Assembly: GCA_964387275.1 (NCBI GenBank)
Contig: CAYLVW010000001.1
Span: forward strand, 355,508 to 419,507
DNA: 64,000 nt
Direction of reading: 5' to 3'
Source of the DNA: an uncultured Candidatus Saccharibacteria bacterium
GTDB taxonomy: Bacteria; Patescibacteriota; WWE3; UBA101185; UBA10185
The notes under the pieces were generated by a model that worked only from the letters and a program-made list of their open reading frames with translations, was not told where the DNA came from and made no database searches. This document shows positions 1 through 9,588 of this stretch, piece after piece (the first letter of the stretch is position 1; each line of letters starts with the position of its first letter). A program made the translations under genes and the position numbers.

Positions 1-901
1 GCATATCGTCCCAATTCTTTCTTTTTTAATTGCTCGACTTGTTGCATATACACTTGTGGGATTTGTACTTGGTGCTTTGGGATCAGTAGTTCAACTTTCA
101 TTATCAATGCGAATAATATTACAACTTGCAGTTGGTGTATTTATGCTAGGCACTGCCTTTAATCTTCTATACTTGCACCCGTTTTTTAGATATTTTGTTA
201 TCCAGCCCCCAAAATCCTTTGCAAAAATAGTGAAGGATCAGTCAAAAAGTAAAAAAATATTTGCCCCTGCTTTGTTAGGCGCAATGACTGTGCTTATACC
301 TTGTGGAGCTACTCAAGCAATGATGGCATATGCTATTTCGACTGGTTCACTAATTTCGGGTGGTGTAACAATGTTTGTGTTTATACTAGGAACCTCTCCC
401 TTATTTTTTATTCTTGGGTATGTACTTAAAAAAGCTAGGGAATCCGCTTTTTTTGGTTTTAACAAAATTGCATCTGCGGCAATTATTTTAGTTGCAATTT
501 ACAACATAAGCGGTGCTGTAGCTTTAACTGGTACAAAATGGACTTTTGAAAATATTGCTAAATCTATAAATTGTTCAATCAGCTTTTGTGATAACTCAGC
601 GTCATCAAATTTAGTAACAACAAAAACGGTTAATGAAGCGACTATTTATATAGAACAATCTGGGTACAGTTCAAGCCCCAGTGTCATTTATATAAAGGCG
701 GGATCTAGTGTTAAATTAAATTTAGTAAATAGAAGTGGTGCAGGATGTATTCAAGCATTCACAATTCCCAAACTAAATATTCAGCAAGTAATACCTATTG
801 GAAGTTCGACTACTTTAGAATTTGTTGCTCCAAATGAACGAGGACCTTTAGCATTTATGTGTAGTATGGGTATGTATAGAGGAGTGATAAACGTAATTTA
901 A
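1..901 (+). CDS. DsbD_2/TauE-SafE-like membrane protein with C-terminal cupredoxin-like domain (5' truncated)
   Basis: Frame is open to the window start. Multiple TM helices, LIPCG motif, C-terminal GCIQAFTIP...FMCSMGMYRG cupredoxin signature. Confidence 0.75.
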   Translation, partial: HIVPILSFLIARLVAYTLVGFVLGALGSVVQLSLSMRIILQLAVGVFMLGTAFNLLYLHPFFRYFVIQPPKSFAKIVKDQSKSKKIFAPALLGAMTVLIPCGATQAMMAYAISTGSLISGGVTMFVFILGTSPLFFILGYVLKKARESAFFGFNKIASAAIILVAIYNISGAVALTGTKWTFENIAKSINCSISFCDNSASSNLVTTKTVNEATIYIEQSGYSSSPSVIYIKAGSSVKLNLVNRSGAGCIQAFTIPKLNIQQVIPIGSSTTLEFVAPNERGPLAFMCSMGMYRGVINVI

Positions 902-906
902 CGATT

Positions 907-1119
907 ATGCAAACTGTAACATTAAAAATCATAGGAATGCATTGTACAAGTTGTGCAATAAATATTGATCTGGAACTTGAAGAACTAAATGGTGTTGGCG
1001 AATCAGTTACTAGTTATGCCAAGATGGTGACAAAAGTTTCTTATGACTCAAATATAGTTAAATTGGAAAAAATTGTAGAAGTACTTAATTTATTAAAATA
1101 TGAGGTTAAATTGTTATGA
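907..1119 (+). CDS. Heavy-metal-associated (HMA) chaperone, CopZ-like
   Basis: GMHCTSC metal-binding motif in a 70-aa protein. Confidence 0.85.
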   Translation: MQTVTLKIIGMHCTSCAINIDLELEELNGVGESVTSYAKMVTKVSYDSNIVKLEKIVEVLNLLKYEVKLL

Positions 1120-2066
1120 ATACCGATAAGAAATTTATATTAGGAATTGCCGCTTTTACAGCATTAGTTTTTGTTGGAATTATTTTTCTAGCCAACAAAA
1201 CGACTACAACACAGAATGGAGAAACCGTTCTTCCTGAAGATAAAAAGGAGCTTTTGAAAATTGCATCTGACGATTGGATAAAAGGAAATAAGGAAGCTAA
1301 AGTTGTAATAGTTGAATATTTAGATTTTGAATGCGAAGCGTGCGGAGCATATTATCCATTAGTTAAACAGCTATCAGAAGAATATAAAGACGATTTAGCA
1401 ATTGTGACTAGATATTTTCCATTACCCGGGCATAAAAATAGTATGACTTCTGCCACCGCTGTCGAGGCTGCAGGCAAACAGGGTAAATATTGGGAAATGT
1501 TCAATATTTTGTTCGACCATCAAAAGATTTGGGGTGAAAAACAAAGTCCAGATCCTGCTATATTCGAAGGATATGCTCAACAAATTGGTTTAAACATGGA
1601 TCAGTTTAAAAAAGACGTTGTATCCCAGGAAGTTAAAGATAGGGTTAATCGGGATAAAAGTTCTGGTATAAAGCTTGGAGTATCAGGAACACCTTCATTC
1701 TATCTAAATGGAAATAAAATCCCAAATCCCAAAGGACCTGATGACTTTAAATCCTTCATACAAGCCGAGATTTCTAAAACAACTAGTACTAAAACAACTA
1801 GTACTAAAACGGAGGTACAGCTTTATAGTAAAGATGATATTGCCCAGCATAACTTAGAAACAGACTGTTGGATGGCTATAGAGGGTAAAGTATATAATGT
1901 TACAGACTTTGTCGGTAAACACCCAGGTGGTAAGGCAATAATTAATGGTTGTGGTATAGATGCAACAGCATTGTTTAATGAACGCCCTACTAATAATAAA
2001 GGACCCCACCCTGACCAAGCGAAAGAGCTTCTTAAGGAATTTTATATTGGCGATCTTAAGTTGTAA
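1116..2066 (+). CDS. Membrane-anchored DsbA-family thioredoxin fused to a cytochrome b5-like domain
   Basis: N-terminal TM, EYLDFECEAC, GTPSF; C-terminal DCWMAIEGKVYNVT..HPGG b5 motif. Confidence 0.8.
   Translation: MNTDKKFILGIAAFTALVFVGIIFLANKTTTTQNGETVLPEDKKELLKIASDDWIKGNKEAKVVIVEYLDFECEACGAYYPLVKQLSEEYKDDLAIVTRYFPLPGHKNSMTSATAVEAAGKQGKYWEMFNILFDHQKIWGEKQSPDPAIFEGYAQQIGLNMDQFKKDVVSQEVKDRVNRDKSSGIKLGVSGTPSFYLNGNKIPNPKGPDDFKSFIQAEISKTTSTKTTSTKTEVQLYSKDDIAQHNLETDCWMAIEGKVYNVTDFVGKHPGGKAIINGCGIDATALFNERPTNNKGPHPDQAKELLKEFYIGDLKL
1774..1810 (+). repeat. 15-bp tandem repeat (ctaaaacaactagta, about 2.5 copies) at the DsbA/b5 junction
   Basis: Seen directly; encodes the SKTTSTKTTSTKT linker. Confidence 0.9.
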
Positions 2067-2085
2067 TAATTTTATAAGGATATGT

Positions 2086-2730
2086 ATGAATGAAAAAATG
2101 ACAGGCGAACAAACAAATTTAGAGCCTTCCAAATCAAGACGATTTGTATCTATTAAAAATAGAAAGATATTAGTAGCACTAATGCTATTAGGTGCTTTTA
2201 TAGGATTCGCTTTTTATTATAAGGGTGTCTTTGTTGCGGCCACGGTAAATGGAAGTCCTGTAACTAGGCTAAGTGTAATAATGGAACTAGAAAAGCAAGG
2301 AGGGAAAAATACACTAGATGCCCTTATTACCGAGAAGCTAATTGATAATGAGGCTAGAAAGAAAGAAGTTGTTGTAACCAACGATGAGATTGATCAAGAA
2401 ATTAAAAAAATAGAAGCATCAATTACACAACAGGGCGGTACACTTAATGACGCGTTACTACAACAAGGTATGACTTTGGATTCATTGAAGAAACAATTGT
2501 CTGTTCAGAAAAAAATTGAGAAAGTTTTGTCCGATAAGATACAAGTAATTGACGACGATATTTCAAAATATATTTCAGACAATAAAATTGAATTAGAATC
2601 AGGTAAAGAAACTGAAACAAAAAACCAAATAGCCCAACAGCTAAAAGGACAAAAGCTAAATCAGGAAGCATCTTCGTGGATAAATTCACTCAAAGCTGGC
2701 GCCAAAATCAACTACTATGTAAATTATTGA
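2086..2730 (+). CDS. SurA N-terminal domain / PrsA-like foldase
   Basis: TM, then AATVNGSPVT..LITEKLIDNEA..EIDQEI; start reassigned to ATG 2086 behind aagga. Confidence 0.7.
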   Translation: MNEKMTGEQTNLEPSKSRRFVSIKNRKILVALMLLGAFIGFAFYYKGVFVAATVNGSPVTRLSVIMELEKQGGKNTLDALITEKLIDNEARKKEVVVTNDEIDQEIKKIEASITQQGGTLNDALLQQGMTLDSLKKQLSVQKKIEKVLSDKIQVIDDDISKYISDNKIELESGKETETKNQIAQQLKGQKLNQEASSWINSLKAGAKINYYVNY

Positions 2731-2765
2731 TCGTATATGCATAAGGCATGAAGTAAAATAGAAAT

Positions 2766-4667
2766 ATGCTTGTTTATGAATTACTAAAAAATACGAAATT
2801 TAAAAGGTTGGCTTTAACATTGCTTCTGGTTATTCCGTTTGAAGTATTGTCTCTTTTTTCGATTCATTTACCCCAGTTTATTGAGATAGCAGTTTTCAGT
2901 ATTATAATGCTTATCTTTGGTAAAAATGTAATTATTAACGGTCTAAGAAGCCTCATGCACCTAAATTTTTCTAATATAAATCTGCTAATGACAATTGCAG
3001 TATTTGGAGCTCTATATTTAGGGGAGTTAGAAGAGGCTGTTATTATTATTGTTCTTTTTGCCATAAGTGAGACATTAGAAGAGTTTGGTATTCGCAAAAG
3101 TCAAAACTCACTTGAGGAACTTGTTAAAAAAACTCCGAAAACGGCACTCATAAAAGGTCATGATGATAAAACACCTATTGAAAATATATCTGTCGGGGAG
3201 ATCCTTGTAGTAAAGCCAGGCGATTATATTCCTCTGGATTGTGTAGTTGTAGAAGGGAACTCATTAGTTGATGAGAGTACAATAACAGGCGAACCTTTAC
3301 CCAAAAGCAAATTTCCAGGTGAATTGGTATATGCAGGAACACTTAATACCCAGGGATATTTAGAAATCAGAGTTATCAAGGTTTCAAAAGATACTACTTT
3401 AGCTAAGATTGTGGAATTAACATTCCAATCTATAGAAAAAAAGTCACGTGCCACTAAATTTATTGAGAATTTTGCACTTTACTACACACCTACAATAATT
3501 GTCATTGCAACTTTACTAACAATAGTTCCTTTTTTTGTTTTCGGACAACCTTTTACTGTCTGGTTTACGCAAAGTCTTACAGTTCTGCTAATTGCGTGTC
3601 CTTGTGCTTTAGTCATTTCAACACCAATAACAATATTCTCTGCAATTGGGAATGCTACTAAAAGAGGCGCTTTAGTAAAAGGTGGTCAATTTTTAGAGGA
3701 AATGGGGAAAATAAGAGCCATAGCTTTTGATAAAACGAGAACCTTAACTAAAGGAGAGCCTCTCGTATCTGATATTGTTACTTTCGATGGGGTTTCAAAA
3801 GAAGAGCTGCTTAATTGTGTTGCCGGTGCTGAATCTCTTTCTGAACACCCTATTGCGAAAAGTATTGTTGAAAGAGCAAATACCGTAGATGGAGAAAATC
3901 ACTCATACTCAAACTTTAAATCCGTTATGGGTAAAGGTATTAGTGGGGAATGTTTAGTTTGCGTTGATAAACACCACTGCATAGGTACTTTGGAATACAT
4001 TATGGAAGAACATAAAGTTGACACCAAAGTAATAGAAATAGTTGAGAAATTTGAAAAAGAAGGTAAGACAGCGATTGTAATTAGTTCTAATAAGCACATT
4101 GAGGGAGTTATTGGTGTTACTGATACGATTAGAAGTGAAAGTAAACAAATTGTAATGGACTTAAATAAACTCGGAGTAACTTCCATCATGCTTACTGGAG
4201 ATAATGCGTCGGCAGCTGCGTATGTGTCAAAAGAAGTTGGTATTAGTGAGTTTTATGCCAAGCTTCTACCTGATGAGAAAGTTTCAAATTTATTAGAATT
4301 GGTCAGAAAATATAAAAATGTTGCGATGGTTGGAGATGGCGTGAATGATGCTCCTGCCCTTGCAACTGCTTCAGTCGGTATTGCAATGGGTGCTGTTGGA
4401 TCGGATGTAGCTATTGAAAACGCAGATATAGCATTGATGAACAATAATTTAAGCCTACTACCATTTTTGATTAGTCTTGGTAGAAAAGCTATAAGGACTA
4501 TTAAGTTAAACACTACTTTGGCAATTGGAGTAAAACTGTTTTTCCTATTTTTTGCGCTGATTGGAAAAGGTAATCTTGCCTTAGCCATATTTGCTGACGT
4601 TGGTGTTACTTTACTAGTAGTGGCAAATAGTTTGAAATTATTTAATTATGATATGGAAACAAAATAG
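2766..4667 (+). CDS. Heavy-metal P1B-type ATPase (CadA/ZntA-like)
   Basis: TGEP, CPC, DKTRTLT, SEHP, TGDN, GDGVNDAP motifs. Confidence 0.9.
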   Translation: MLVYELLKNTKFKRLALTLLLVIPFEVLSLFSIHLPQFIEIAVFSIIMLIFGKNVIINGLRSLMHLNFSNINLLMTIAVFGALYLGELEEAVIIIVLFAISETLEEFGIRKSQNSLEELVKKTPKTALIKGHDDKTPIENISVGEILVVKPGDYIPLDCVVVEGNSLVDESTITGEPLPKSKFPGELVYAGTLNTQGYLEIRVIKVSKDTTLAKIVELTFQSIEKKSRATKFIENFALYYTPTIIVIATLLTIVPFFVFGQPFTVWFTQSLTVLLIACPCALVISTPITIFSAIGNATKRGALVKGGQFLEEMGKIRAIAFDKTRTLTKGEPLVSDIVTFDGVSKEELLNCVAGAESLSEHPIAKSIVERANTVDGENHSYSNFKSVMGKGISGECLVCVDKHHCIGTLEYIMEEHKVDTKVIEIVEKFEKEGKTAIVISSNKHIEGVIGVTDTIRSESKQIVMDLNKLGVTSIMLTGDNASAAAYVSKEVGISEFYAKLLPDEKVSNLLELVRKYKNVAMVGDGVNDAPALATASVGIAMGAVGSDVAIENADIALMNNNLSLLPFLISLGRKAIRTIKLNTTLAIGVKLFFLFFALIGKGNLALAIFADVGVTLLVVANSLKLFNYDMETK

Positions 4668-5882
4668 ATGTTAGATATAAATAAGGTACGTCAAGACTTT
4701 CCATTGTTGGCAGAGAACGGCAAAGGCAAAAATCTTATATATTTTGATAATGCGTGCCAGAGTTTACGCCCCAATCAAGTTATTGATAAAGTTGCAGAGT
4801 ATTATCGTGAATACCCCGCCTGCGGTGGGCGCAGTATGCATCGATTAGCCACGAAAGTAACTAACCAGTGTGATGAAGCCCGAGAGGTTATTGCAAACCT
4901 TATCAAAGCTAAAAAGAAAGAGGAAATTATATTTACTCGCAATACGACCGAAGGAATAAATTTAGTAGCTAACAGTATTGGTTTACAAAATGGCGATGTG
5001 GTTATAACAACTGATAGAGAGCATAATTCCAACTTAATTCCATGGCAGGTTCTTAAGAAGAAAATTGGTATTGTCCATAAAATTATCGCCACTAACTCAG
5101 ATGGGCTTTTAGACATGGAAACTTATCAAAAGGTACTTAACGAGGGGGCCAAGCTTGTTTCAATGGGATATACATCTAATTTAGATGGTGTCAGCATCAA
5201 TGCAGAGAGTGTAATAAATATAGCACATAAGTATGGAGCAAAAGTGTTATTGGATGGTGCTCAAGCTATTCCGCATAAAAATGTAAATGTATCTAAATTG
5301 GATGCGGATTTCCTAGTATTTTCAGGACACAAAATGCTGGGTCCTTCGGGTATTGGTGTGCTATATGGTAAACAACAGTTATTAGATAACTTGGAGCCGT
5401 TTTTGGTTGGTGGGGACACGGTTGAATCGTCAACATATGATTCTCATATTTTTTTACCATCTCCCGAAAAGTTTGAGGCGGGACTACAGGACTACGCAGG
5501 AATTATTGGTTTGGGAGAGGCAGTGAGGTACTTAAACAATATAAGCGTTGATGCAATTCAAAAACAAGAACTGGAATTAAACACATTTATAACCTCTGAG
5601 ATTACGAAAAACCCTAGATTGAAAATACTCGGACCTAAAGACCCCGCCTATCGTAGCGGTATTATTTCCTTTACTGTTGAAGGAGCCGATGTACATCAAG
5701 TAGCACTTATGTTGGATAGTTCGGCTGGTATTATGATACGTTCTGGGCAACATTGCGTTCATTCATGGTTTAATGCCCGAAACATAAAAGGCTCTGTTAG
5801 AGCATCTTTGTATTTTTACAATACACTTAAGGAAGCCGAGCAATTTGTTATAAGTTTAGATAAGGTATTGAGGGTGATTTAA
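4668..5882 (+). CDS. sufS: Cysteine desulfurase, SufS (group II) family
   Basis: YFDNA, EHNSN, SGHKMLGP (PLP Lys), RSGQHC catalytic Cys. Confidence 0.85.
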   Translation: MLDINKVRQDFPLLAENGKGKNLIYFDNACQSLRPNQVIDKVAEYYREYPACGGRSMHRLATKVTNQCDEAREVIANLIKAKKKEEIIFTRNTTEGINLVANSIGLQNGDVVITTDREHNSNLIPWQVLKKKIGIVHKIIATNSDGLLDMETYQKVLNEGAKLVSMGYTSNLDGVSINAESVINIAHKYGAKVLLDGAQAIPHKNVNVSKLDADFLVFSGHKMLGPSGIGVLYGKQQLLDNLEPFLVGGDTVESSTYDSHIFLPSPEKFEAGLQDYAGIIGLGEAVRYLNNISVDAIQKQELELNTFITSEITKNPRLKILGPKDPAYRSGIISFTVEGADVHQVALMLDSSAGIMIRSGQHCVHSWFNARNIKGSVRASLYFYNTLKEAEQFVISLDKVLRVI

Positions 5883-5884
5883 AT

Positions 5885-6817
5885 ATGATTTGTATTGTAG
5901 CTTTTGTCGTTTTATCTATATTAGGAATATTTAGTGCCACCCACCGATTGTTAGCAAAGGAGGCTTTGGATTGTGTATTACGTAGGATAACACTGAGACC
6001 TTGTACGACAGGCTTTAACGAGAGAATTAAAGCACAGATTTTAGGAAAGGTTCTTGGAAAATCGGAAGTAGCTGCAAAATTTCTTAATAAACATTTTGAG
6101 ATATTTTCATGGGTTCTATTTCTCACAATGATAGGTAGCCTTTTCTGGACTACAAAGGGACTACTTAACTTCTACATGTATGGCAGTTGCAACGGATTAA
6201 ATAAATCAGGGTTTTGTGCCCTAGACCCTAAAGGAGAAAACAACAAAGTTTCTCAGGCAGGTGGTAGCTGTGCTACAGGAGAAGGTGACGAAAGCAACGT
6301 GACACTCGTTGATGTAAATTTATCTATATTTCCCACTATAACTAGTGATTCTAGCGATACCGTTGTATTTATAGGCTGCTATAGTTGTGATTACACTAGA
6401 AAAGCCTACCCGCTTATAAAGAAATTAATAAGTGAAAATAATGTTAACTATATATTTGCTCACTATCCTGTTAAAGAGGAAACACTGTATCTTCTTCCGA
6501 TAGGTTATTGTGCATACAAGCAGGATAAAGATAAATTTTGGGAGTTAAATGACAGGCTGTTTTCCAGCGAAAAAAGTGATATTTCTCAAAGGGAGTTTGT
6601 GGACTCATTACTCAAAGATGTTGGTTACGACTTGACTGCAATAAACACATGTAGCACTTCAGAAGAAACAAATTTGGAGGTTGTAGCTAGACGAATTACA
6701 CTTGAAAAAACTAATATTTACGGAACTCCTTTAGTTTTTATAAACGGCAAGGGATTAGTTGGCCCCAAACCCTATAGAGTATATGAACGTATACTTAAGG
6801 GGTGGAGGTTTTGGTGA
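5885..6817 (+). CDS. Cys-rich membrane protein with C-terminal thioredoxin/DsbA-like domain
   Basis: TM segments, CYSC motif, YGTPLVFING. Confidence 0.65.
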   Translation: MICIVAFVVLSILGIFSATHRLLAKEALDCVLRRITLRPCTTGFNERIKAQILGKVLGKSEVAAKFLNKHFEIFSWVLFLTMIGSLFWTTKGLLNFYMYGSCNGLNKSGFCALDPKGENNKVSQAGGSCATGEGDESNVTLVDVNLSIFPTITSDSSDTVVFIGCYSCDYTRKAYPLIKKLISENNVNYIFAHYPVKEETLYLLPIGYCAYKQDKDKFWELNDRLFSSEKSDISQREFVDSLLKDVGYDLTAINTCSTSEETNLEVVARRITLEKTNIYGTPLVFINGKGLVGPKPYRVYERILKGWRFW

Positions 6818-6821
6818 CCAC

Positions 6822-7301
6822 ATGTTGAAAATAAAAGAAGAAGTGATAGTAGAAGTTCCATCACAGAATGTTTATTATTTTTTAACACATATAGACGAGT
6901 TGTACAAAATTTGGCATCCTAAACACCATGTTTTTTGTAAAACTATATATAAGAATCTTACTGAAACTGGATGTGTATTCCACTTTTTAGAAATAATCGG
7001 AGGAGTTCCCCTATATTTAGTGGTTAAAGTTTCACTGATAAAGAATAATCAGTATATTGAGTATAAACCTATATTTCCTGTATCCATTTTTAACTTAGGA
7101 GCTGGATATTTCGATATAGAAGCTATTTCTGAAAATAAAACAAAACTTACTGCCGTTGTTGAATTTGGAGATCGTTTTGGTTTACTGGAAAAGATTTGCC
7201 AAGTATTCTTAAAAACTCCAACTCTTAGGCAACACCTTAAAGAAGAGGGCGTTTATTTAAAAAGATATTTAGAGAATCCTATTGCACAAAACTGTTTATA
7301 A
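6822..7301 (+). CDS. SRPBCC-like protein
   Basis: IVEVP..VYYFL..YKIWHP pattern; start reassigned to ATG 6822 after the upstream stop. Confidence 0.5.
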   Translation: MLKIKEEVIVEVPSQNVYYFLTHIDELYKIWHPKHHVFCKTIYKNLTETGCVFHFLEIIGGVPLYLVVKVSLIKNNQYIEYKPIFPVSIFNLGAGYFDIEAISENKTKLTAVVEFGDRFGLLEKICQVFLKTPTLRQHLKEEGVYLKRYLENPIAQNCL

Positions 7302-7341
7302 CTAGACTTGTACTATCATTTGCGTCATCAATGTATATAGT

Positions 7342-8622
7342 ATGGAACAAGAACTCAAATACTGCCTATATGCAAGAAAAAGCTCAGAATCAGACGAAAG
7401 GCAGGCAATGTCCATTGAGAGCCAGATCAAGGAAATGTCTGCAATTATCAAACGAGACAAGTTAAATGTAGTTGATATTAGGCAAGAAAGTCATTCCGCT
7501 AAGGTTTCTAGTGCTAGGCCCGTATTCAACCAATTAATCGATGATTTAAAGAAAGGTGAGTTTAACGCTATTTTAACTTGGGCACCAGATCGAATGTCAC
7601 GTAACGCAGGCGATTTAGGCTCTTTAGTCGACTTAATGGATAGTGGCAAACTTGCACAAATTAAAACGTATTCACAGGTTTTTACGAACAATCCAAACGA
7701 AAAGTTTTTATTAATGATACTTTGTTCACAGGCAAAACTGGAAAATGATAACAGAGGTTTAAACGTGAAACGTGGTATCAGAAACAAATGTGAATTGGGT
7801 TGGAGACCCTGCATGCCCCCGCTTGGATATCACAGTAGAGCTATAGATGGGGTAAAAGACATAGTTATTGATCCGATTCGTGGACCTTTAATAAAAGAGC
7901 TCTTTGAGCTAATAGCTTTAGTTGGTATGAGCGGAAGATCCGCAAGAAAGATGCTTTACAAAGAGAAAAACTTTAAGACCAGAAACGCTAAAGATATAAC
8001 TTTGAGTATGGTTTATAAAATTCTTCGCAACCCCTTTTATTATGGCCAATTTGAGTATCCAGTAGGAAGCGGTACTTGGTATAAAGGAAAACACGAACCA
8101 TTAATAACTAAAGAGATATTTGATAAGGTACAAGATCGTTTAGAAATCCCAGAAAAAGCGAAATGGAGATCGAAAAACTTTGCATTTACAAGAATGATTC
8201 ATTGTGGTGAATGTGGAACCATAATTGTCGCTGAGGAAAAATTTAGGAATCTTCTCGATGGAACGAAACGAAAGCATGTTTACTATCATTGTGGTAGACC
8301 AAAAGACGACAGGGAATGTCACCAACCATATCTATCCGAAGACGAATTAGTAAGTCAGCTTATCGAGATCGTGGATACTGTAAAACTTGATTCAAAGGAA
8401 ATGGGAAAGAAGATTAAGCAAGAGTTCGATAGGTATCAGACTTTCGGGAATTTAATCCTAGATGATCACTCTGAAAAAATGCCAGAGTTTAATCACACGA
8501 TTGATATTTCAACCTTTGCTAAACACATCCTAAAAGTAGGGTCTAGTGACGAAAAACGAGAAATCCTTAACCTGATGAAAACCAAGTTTCTATTGAAAGA
8601 TCGTCGAATTACACTTAGCTGA
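7342..8622 (+). CDS. Large serine recombinase (resolvase + recombinase + Zn ribbon)
   Basis: YARKSSE catalytic Ser, DRMSRN, PLGY, NPFYYG, HEPLI, CGEC/YYHC Zn ribbon. Confidence 0.9.
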   Translation: MEQELKYCLYARKSSESDERQAMSIESQIKEMSAIIKRDKLNVVDIRQESHSAKVSSARPVFNQLIDDLKKGEFNAILTWAPDRMSRNAGDLGSLVDLMDSGKLAQIKTYSQVFTNNPNEKFLLMILCSQAKLENDNRGLNVKRGIRNKCELGWRPCMPPLGYHSRAIDGVKDIVIDPIRGPLIKELFELIALVGMSGRSARKMLYKEKNFKTRNAKDITLSMVYKILRNPFYYGQFEYPVGSGTWYKGKHEPLITKEIFDKVQDRLEIPEKAKWRSKNFAFTRMIHCGECGTIIVAEEKFRNLLDGTKRKHVYYHCGRPKDDRECHQPYLSEDELVSQLIEIVDTVKLDSKEMGKKIKQEFDRYQTFGNLILDDHSEKMPEFNHTIDISTFAKHILKVGSSDEKREILNLMKTKFLLKDRRITLS

Positions 8623-8668
8623 TTTCAACAATCTTGCAAATTAACAATATAGGCTTCATCATTAATTA

Positions 8669-9172
8669 ATGGGAAATTTATATGTAATTGTTGGTATCGT
8701 TCTTATCTTGGGAGTTGTACTTGGCTTATTATCTTCTAAATTTGGTGAAGATATTTCCGATAAAAAACGCCAATATAAGTATCAAAAGAAAGATTACCTA
8801 TTATCTCGTGCGGAACATCAGTTTTTTGATGTTTTAGTTGATGCATTAGGTGACCACTACTACGTCTTCCCTCAAATTCATTTAATTACTTTACTCGATC
8901 ACAAAATAAATGGACAGAATTGGAGAGGGGCTTTTAGGCATATTGACGAGAAGTCAGTAGATTTTGTGATTTGTGATAAAAGTTATATAAAACCATTAGT
9001 TGCAATAGAGCTGGATGATAAGTCTCATGGAACTGAGAATAGGATCGAAAGAGACGAAGAAGTAAAAAGGATTCTACAAGATGCAGGGGTACCCTTGTTA
9101 CGTTTCGAAAACCATGGAAGTTTTGATAAAGAAGAAATAAAAAATCGTATTATTAATGCTTTAGGAAAGTAA
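8669..9172 (+). CDS. DUF2726 family protein (PD-(D/E)xK-like)
   Basis: N-terminal TM, LLSRAE, VDFVIC, IELDDKSH. Confidence 0.8.
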   Translation: MGNLYVIVGIVLILGVVLGLLSSKFGEDISDKKRQYKYQKKDYLLSRAEHQFFDVLVDALGDHYYVFPQIHLITLLDHKINGQNWRGAFRHIDEKSVDFVICDKSYIKPLVAIELDDKSHGTENRIERDEEVKRILQDAGVPLLRFENHGSFDKEEIKNRIINALGK

Positions 9173-9376
9173 CTTCATAAAATTAGTAGCCATATAGCGA
9201 TAGAAAAGGCTGTGTAGAACACTGGTATTTGCCCTATACCCATACGGTCTAGAACCGGCACCCTCAATAAGACTATTTAATAAAAAAACGATGATAAATA
9301 AGGATAACCCATTACGGTCATCTGGAACATTGGGACTTGCCTATAACCACCTGAGTAGGGTGGAACAATGAGATTC

Positions 9377-9451
9377 TGGTGACCCTACGGAGAATCGAAC
9401 TCCGATTGCCAGGATGAAAACCTGGCGTCCTAACCATTAGACGATAGGGCC
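9377..9451 (-). tRNA. tRNA-Glu(TTC)
   Basis: Cloverleaf on the minus strand; anticodon arm ccagg-ttTTCat-cctgg; encoded CCA. Confidence 0.95.
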
Positions 9452-9588
9452 ATATAAGCACAGATATATCTTATCAAAAACTAGGAATAGTATTTAGTGG
9501 AATCTGTACAAAATAACCTGTAGATTTTACCAATAAACCCCAAGAAATAGCAATATTCACCTAATTTTAGTAGAATGATCATGTTATT

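Larger units (their letters stand above)
1..9376. mobile_element. Putative genomic island (heavy-metal/thiol-redox cargo, large serine recombinase, DUF2726) next to the 3' end of tRNA-Glu; left boundary outside the window
   Basis: Co-oriented metal-resistance operon, then a recombinase and DUF2726, ending about 200 bp from the CCA end of tRNA-Glu. No att duplication visible in the window. Confidence 0.55.
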
